A stretch of DNA of 64,000 nt from NCBI GenBank assembly GCA_013152435.1, contig JAADGJ010000061.1, forward strand, positions 5,034 through 69,033. Reading direction: 5' to 3'. A model generated the notes under the pieces. That model saw only the letters and a list, made by a program, of their open reading frames with translations, was not told where the DNA came from and made no database searches. Source of the DNA: Chloroflexota bacterium. GTDB taxonomy: Bacteria > Chloroflexota > Anaerolineae > DUEN01. The position numbers and the translations under genes are program-made. Below are positions 60,576 to 64,000 of this stretch, piece by piece; the stretch's first letter is position 1; each line of letters starts with the position of its first letter.

Positions 60576-63500
60576 TCATTCACCGCGTGTGACGACCACC
60601 GGGATGCGGGTGGTCTGATCGGGCTGTTCCAGCACGATCTCCGTCTCCAGGACGTCGTTCGCGGGCAGCGCCTCCTCCCGGATCGCCAGCTCGACCCGAG
60701 CTCCCCTCCCTCGCTTCACGACCAGCCGATCCCGGTTGACGCGCAGCCACTCCGCCTGTGGATGAACCGTCACGGAGATCGGCGCGTAGCCCGTGTTCTT
60801 CAGCCGCAGGATAGGCGGTGTTTCTCCCAATGTCCATGTCAGCCGGCTGGATCCTACCACCAGCTGCCCGCTGAGCTGGATCTTGATGCGGATGTCCACC
60901 TGCTCCTGTCCCGCGTTGCTGATGACTTCCAGGGCCCCCTCGATGACGTTCTCCCCTTCGCGCAGGCCCTCCGGCGTGGCCCTCACCGTGATGGGTTGTT
61001 GGCCGCCGGTGGGGATCTGGAAGGTGTCGGGCTCCACCGTCAGCCAGGGGACGGAGGCCCGGATCGTGCCCGAGAGCTCGCCTACCCCGCGATTGAACAG
61101 GCTGAGGATGTCCTCCACCGGGACGTAGTTCGCGCTGGTGCCCAGGTCCAGCAGCGGGGGCGTCACCCACAGCTGAGGACGTGCGATGGCCACGGCGCCC
61201 TGGACGGTTCGCTCGCCCGCGTTGCTCTCGATGATCAGGGCCATCTGCGCCTCGTCCTGATCCGCGGGGACGGCCAGCCCGTAAGCATACAGGTGCACCT
61301 GGGACGTCTCACCCGGCGGGGTGGTCCCCTGGGGCATCGTCACCTCCAGCCAGAGCGCCTCGCTGGAGAGGGACCAGGCCAGCGGGGCTGTGCCCGGGTT
61401 GCTGATATACAGGGTCAGCTCTCCGACCCCCTCCCGGGGGATCACACCGAAGTTCAGGAACTCCGGCTCTACCTGCATCTCGGGTTTGTACACCAGGAGC
61501 GAGATCGGGACGTCTCGCGCCCCGGCGTTGCTCTCGATGTGGATGCCCGGGGCCGCCTGCCAGTCTCCGCCCTGCAGCATCTCCTCGGTGCGTGCCTCGA
61601 CGACGACGCGCGCGGATTTCCCCGGCGCGCACTCGATCTCGGTGGGCTCCAGGTGGAGCCAGGGGAGGAGCGCCTTCAGGTTGGCCCTTAGTGGGATCGT
61701 GCCCTGGTTGGATATCCGCAGGCTGCCGCGGCGCACCTCGCCCCACTCCGCTTCGCCCAGATCCAGGGAGATCGGTTTGACCTGCAGCACGGGGGCCAGG
61801 ATCTCCACGGAGGTGGCCAGGATCTTGCGCCCGGCGTTGCTCTCGATGACCAGCGCCTCACCCAGGGCGGTGACCCCGGCTGGGAGCCCCTCCAGATGGG
61901 CGTGTACGCGAATGGATTGCGACTCGCCGGGCGCGCAGGAGAAGCGTTCCGGCGATACGTCGATCCAGTCGCAGCGGGACAGCAGGCGTCCCTCCAGCGG
62001 CGCCGTGCCCGAGTTCGTGATGGTGAGGGTGATCTCCGCCTCCGATCCTCGCTCCCGCGCACCCCACGCCAGCTTCTCTGGCGCGAGGACCATTTCCGGC
62101 TCGGCCCAGCGCCAGCGCACGGAGAGCCGGGCCTGCCCATAGTCGCTGTCCACCACCAGCACGTCGGCGGCCTCCTCGACGCCCGGCGGGGCCAGATCCC
62201 CATGGAACCTCACGTGGATCTTTTGCCCTTCCTCCGCGCCGATTTGAAACTGGCGAGGGGTGACCGAGAGCCAGGTGACCGTGCTCCTCACCGCCCCCTG
62301 GATCTCGCCGCCCCCCTGATTGGCGATCACGATCTCGGCCTGGGCTTCCTGCCCGTGTCGGACCTGCCCGAAGTCGATCGATGTCGGCTGGACGGCCAGA
62401 GAGGGCACGATCAGGCTGGCCAGGGCCGGGATCCAGGTCGCTCCCCGGTTCGTGATGATGCGCAGCGCCCGGGGGGCGCGCTCCCCTTCCAATGGGAGCT
62501 GTTTGCCGTGGGCCACGACGATCACACGCGCCTCCTCGCCGGGCCGACAGCTGAAGCGGGCGTCTCGCACCTCCAGCCAGGGCAACGTGCTTTCCACCTC
62601 GCCCACGAGCACGCCCTGTCCCGTGTTCCGGATGCGCAAAGCTGTGCGTTTGGCCACGCGGCGGGTCAGCCCGCCGAAGGTGAACCGCTGTGGGCGGACG
62701 ATGAACTCCGGATCGGGCGGCGTGGCCTTGATCTCCGCCAGCCAGCGGGCGAAGAGAACCTGGCGTCCCAGCGCGTCCTCCATCTCTCCCCGGTCGAGTA
62801 GCTCTTCCGCCCTCTCCAGGGCGGCCTGGATCTGCTGCGCGATGTGATCCTGCTCGCCCTCCGCCAGCCGGGCGATCTCACGTTGCAGCTGGTCCAGGGT
62901 TTGCCCCCCGTAGAACCGTCGCACGGCGCGCAGCCAATCGCTTCGGGCCTGCTCCGCCAGATGGGATCGCAGGTCGGCCCAGGGATCCAGGGTCGGGTGC
63001 GCGACGATGGCGCTCGCGGCTGGCCGGGTTGGCGCGGCGAAGGAGGAGGGCTCGATGGGCTCCTGCGGGGCTTCCTCCTTTGGACGGGACGGGACGCCGG
63101 GCGCCGCCTTCGCCAGGGCGCGTCGCATGGCCTGGGCGGAGGGGAAGCGACGTTCGGGCGCGCGTTGGCGCGCCCGGCGGATGATCTGGGCCAGGGCCGG
63201 TGGCAATTCGTTCAGCCGGATGGGCGGCTGATTGGGAGCCTGTCGGGTGAGCATGTGGTAGAGCAGGCCGCCCAGCGCATAGAGATCGCTGCGGGCGTCG
63301 GCCTCCCATCGCTCTCGTTGCTCCGGCGCGGCGTACCCTGGGCTGCCGCGATAGCGTGGAGGGCCCTGGTCCCATGGGGTGAACCACGCGCTCAGCCCGA
63401 AGTCGATCAGCTTGACCCGGCCCTCCGTGGTGATCATCACATGCCTGGGGTTCAGGTCGCCGAAGATGAGCGGTGGCGTCTGGCCGTGGAGGAAGGCCAG

Positions 63501-64000
63501 CGCGTCGCAGATTTGCAGCGCCCAGGCCACCGCGGTAAGTTCGTCGATCTCCATTCGGGGATCCGCGATCAGGCGTCGCAGGCTGTGCCCGCGTACCCAC
63601 TCCATGACCAGGTACGAGCGGCCGGCCTGGATGAACATGTCCTGGATGCGGGCCAGACGTGGATGGCGCACCTGGGCCCAGCGGGCCGCCTCCGCGTGGA
63701 ACGATCGCTGCGCCTCGTCGCGCTCGAAGTCGTCGGGCAGGCGGCGCGGATGGAACTCCTTGATCACGCAGCGCCTTCCCAGAGCCTGATCACGCGCCAG
63801 ATAGACGGCGGTGGCATGCCCGCGCTTCAGCCGTTTTTCGATGGTGTAGCGCCCTTGCAGGGTCGTCGGCGCGCCGAAAAGCTCCTCAAAGGAGAGGGGA
63901 TCCGTGAGGCGAGAGCCGCATTGTGGGCAGCGCTGGGCGCCCGGGCGGACGGGCGCGCCGCAGCGTGGGCATCGCGTTTGCAGCGGGAGCCCACAGGATA
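60576..64000 (-). CDS. Ser/Thr protein kinase with an N-terminal zinc ribbon and a C-terminal array of >=8 Ig-like (ASH/PapD-like) beta-sandwich repeats; 5' end outside window
   Basis: The in-frame upstream translation continues past the track's GTG start (63767): ...CPRCGAPVRPGAQRCPQCGSRLTDP...LQGRYTIEKRLKRGHATAVYLARDQALGRRCVIKEF (Zn-ribbon, G-loop, VIK). Kinase subdomains HRDLKPxN-like (FGDLNPRHV), DFG, APE. The C-terminal ~700 aa are tandem ~85-aa repeats with the pattern L.FG......L.I.N.G..PL.G...S...WL.V.P..F.C.PGE. Confidence 0.8.
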   Translation of the reverse strand, partial: SCGLPLQTRCPRCGAPVRPGAQRCPQCGSRLTDPLSFEELFGAPTTLQGRYTIEKRLKRGHATAVYLARDQALGRRCVIKEFHPRRLPDDFERDEAQRSFHAEAARWAQVRHPRLARIQDMFIQAGRSYLVMEWVRGHSLRRLIADPRMEIDELTAVAWALQICDALAFLHGQTPPLIFGDLNPRHVMITTEGRVKLIDFGLSAWFTPWDQGPPRYRGSPGYAAPEQRERWEADARSDLYALGGLLYHMLTRQAPNQPPIRLNELPPALAQIIRRARQRAPERRFPSAQAMRRALAKAAPGVPSRPKEEAPQEPIEPSSFAAPTRPAASAIVAHPTLDPWADLRSHLAEQARSDWLRAVRRFYGGQTLDQLQREIARLAEGEQDHIAQQIQAALERAEELLDRGEMEDALGRQVLFARWLAEIKATPPDPEFIVRPQRFTFGGLTRRVAKRTALRIRNTGQGVLVGEVESTLPWLEVRDARFSCRPGEEARVIVVAHGKQLPLEGERAPRALRIITNRGATWIPALASLIVPSLAVQPTSIDFGQVRHGQEAQAEIVIANQGGGEIQGAVRSTVTWLSVTPRQFQIGAEEGQKIHVRFHGDLAPPGVEEAADVLVVDSDYGQARLSVRWRWAEPEMVLAPEKLAWGARERGSEAEITLTITNSGTAPLEGRLLSRCDWIDVSPERFSCAPGESQSIRVHAHLEGLPAGVTALGEALVIESNAGRKILATSVEILAPVLQVKPISLDLGEAEWGEVRRGSLRISNQGTIPLRANLKALLPWLHLEPTEIECAPGKSARVVVEARTEEMLQGGDWQAAPGIHIESNAGARDVPISLLVYKPEMQVEPEFLNFGVIPREGVGELTLYISNPGTAPLAWSLSSEALWLEVTMPQGTTPPGETSQVHLYAYGLAVPADQDEAQMALIIESNAGERTVQGAVAIARPQLWVTPPLLDLGTSANYVPVEDILSLFNRGVGELSGTIRASVPWLTVEPDTFQIPTGGQQPITVRATPEGLREGENVIEGALEVISNAGQEQVDIRIKIQLSGQLVVGSSRLTWTLGETPPILRLKNTGYAPISVTVHPQAEWLRVNRDRLVVKRGRGARVELAIREEALPANDVLETEIVLEQPDQTTRIPVVVTRGE

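Overview
This is a high-GC (~65%) bacterial chromosomal segment. The gene content, long 5' leaders and multi-hairpin intergenic repeats suggest a thermophile-like, possibly Chloroflexi-type organism; that is an inference, not a database result. Most of the window is housekeeping or nutrient-uptake DNA. It holds two complete Dpp/Opp-type peptide ABC transporter loci, a K+/H+ pyrophosphatase, ndk, rsfS, an HDAC-family deacetylase, a SUI1 homologue, RNase PH, an L-rhamnose catabolic cluster on the minus strand, a UvsE homologue with an unexplained C-terminal extension, and the full F1Fo ATP synthase operon. mreB and a large Ser/Thr kinase carrying Ig-like repeats follow. The strongest observations are as follows. 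(i) The selD gene carries an in-frame UGA (10733-10735) exactly at the position of the catalytic Cys17 of E. coli SelD, i.e. a selenocysteine codon. The six-frame ORF track truncated this gene to start at 10817. (ii) A dispersed family of ~170-380 bp multi-hairpin, MITE-like repeats occurs four times in intergenic regions. (iii) A compositionally atypical, lower-GC island (~42.8-49.2 kb) carries an AfsR/SARP-type wHTH-BTAD-NB-ARC-TPR (STAND) regulator, a DinB-like protein and an ISAs1 transposase fragment, and is flanked by two copies of that repeat. (iv) The second peptide-uptake locus is an IclR regulator, an ABC transporter, two M29-like paralogues, DUF917-like, DUF1177-like and AroM-like genes. 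It looks like a coherent but functionally undescribed peptide or modified-amino-acid utilisation system. I saw no rRNA, tRNA or CRISPR array. Many long minus- or plus-strand ORFs in the six-frame track are antisense artefacts of high-GC coding DNA and are listed under rejections.
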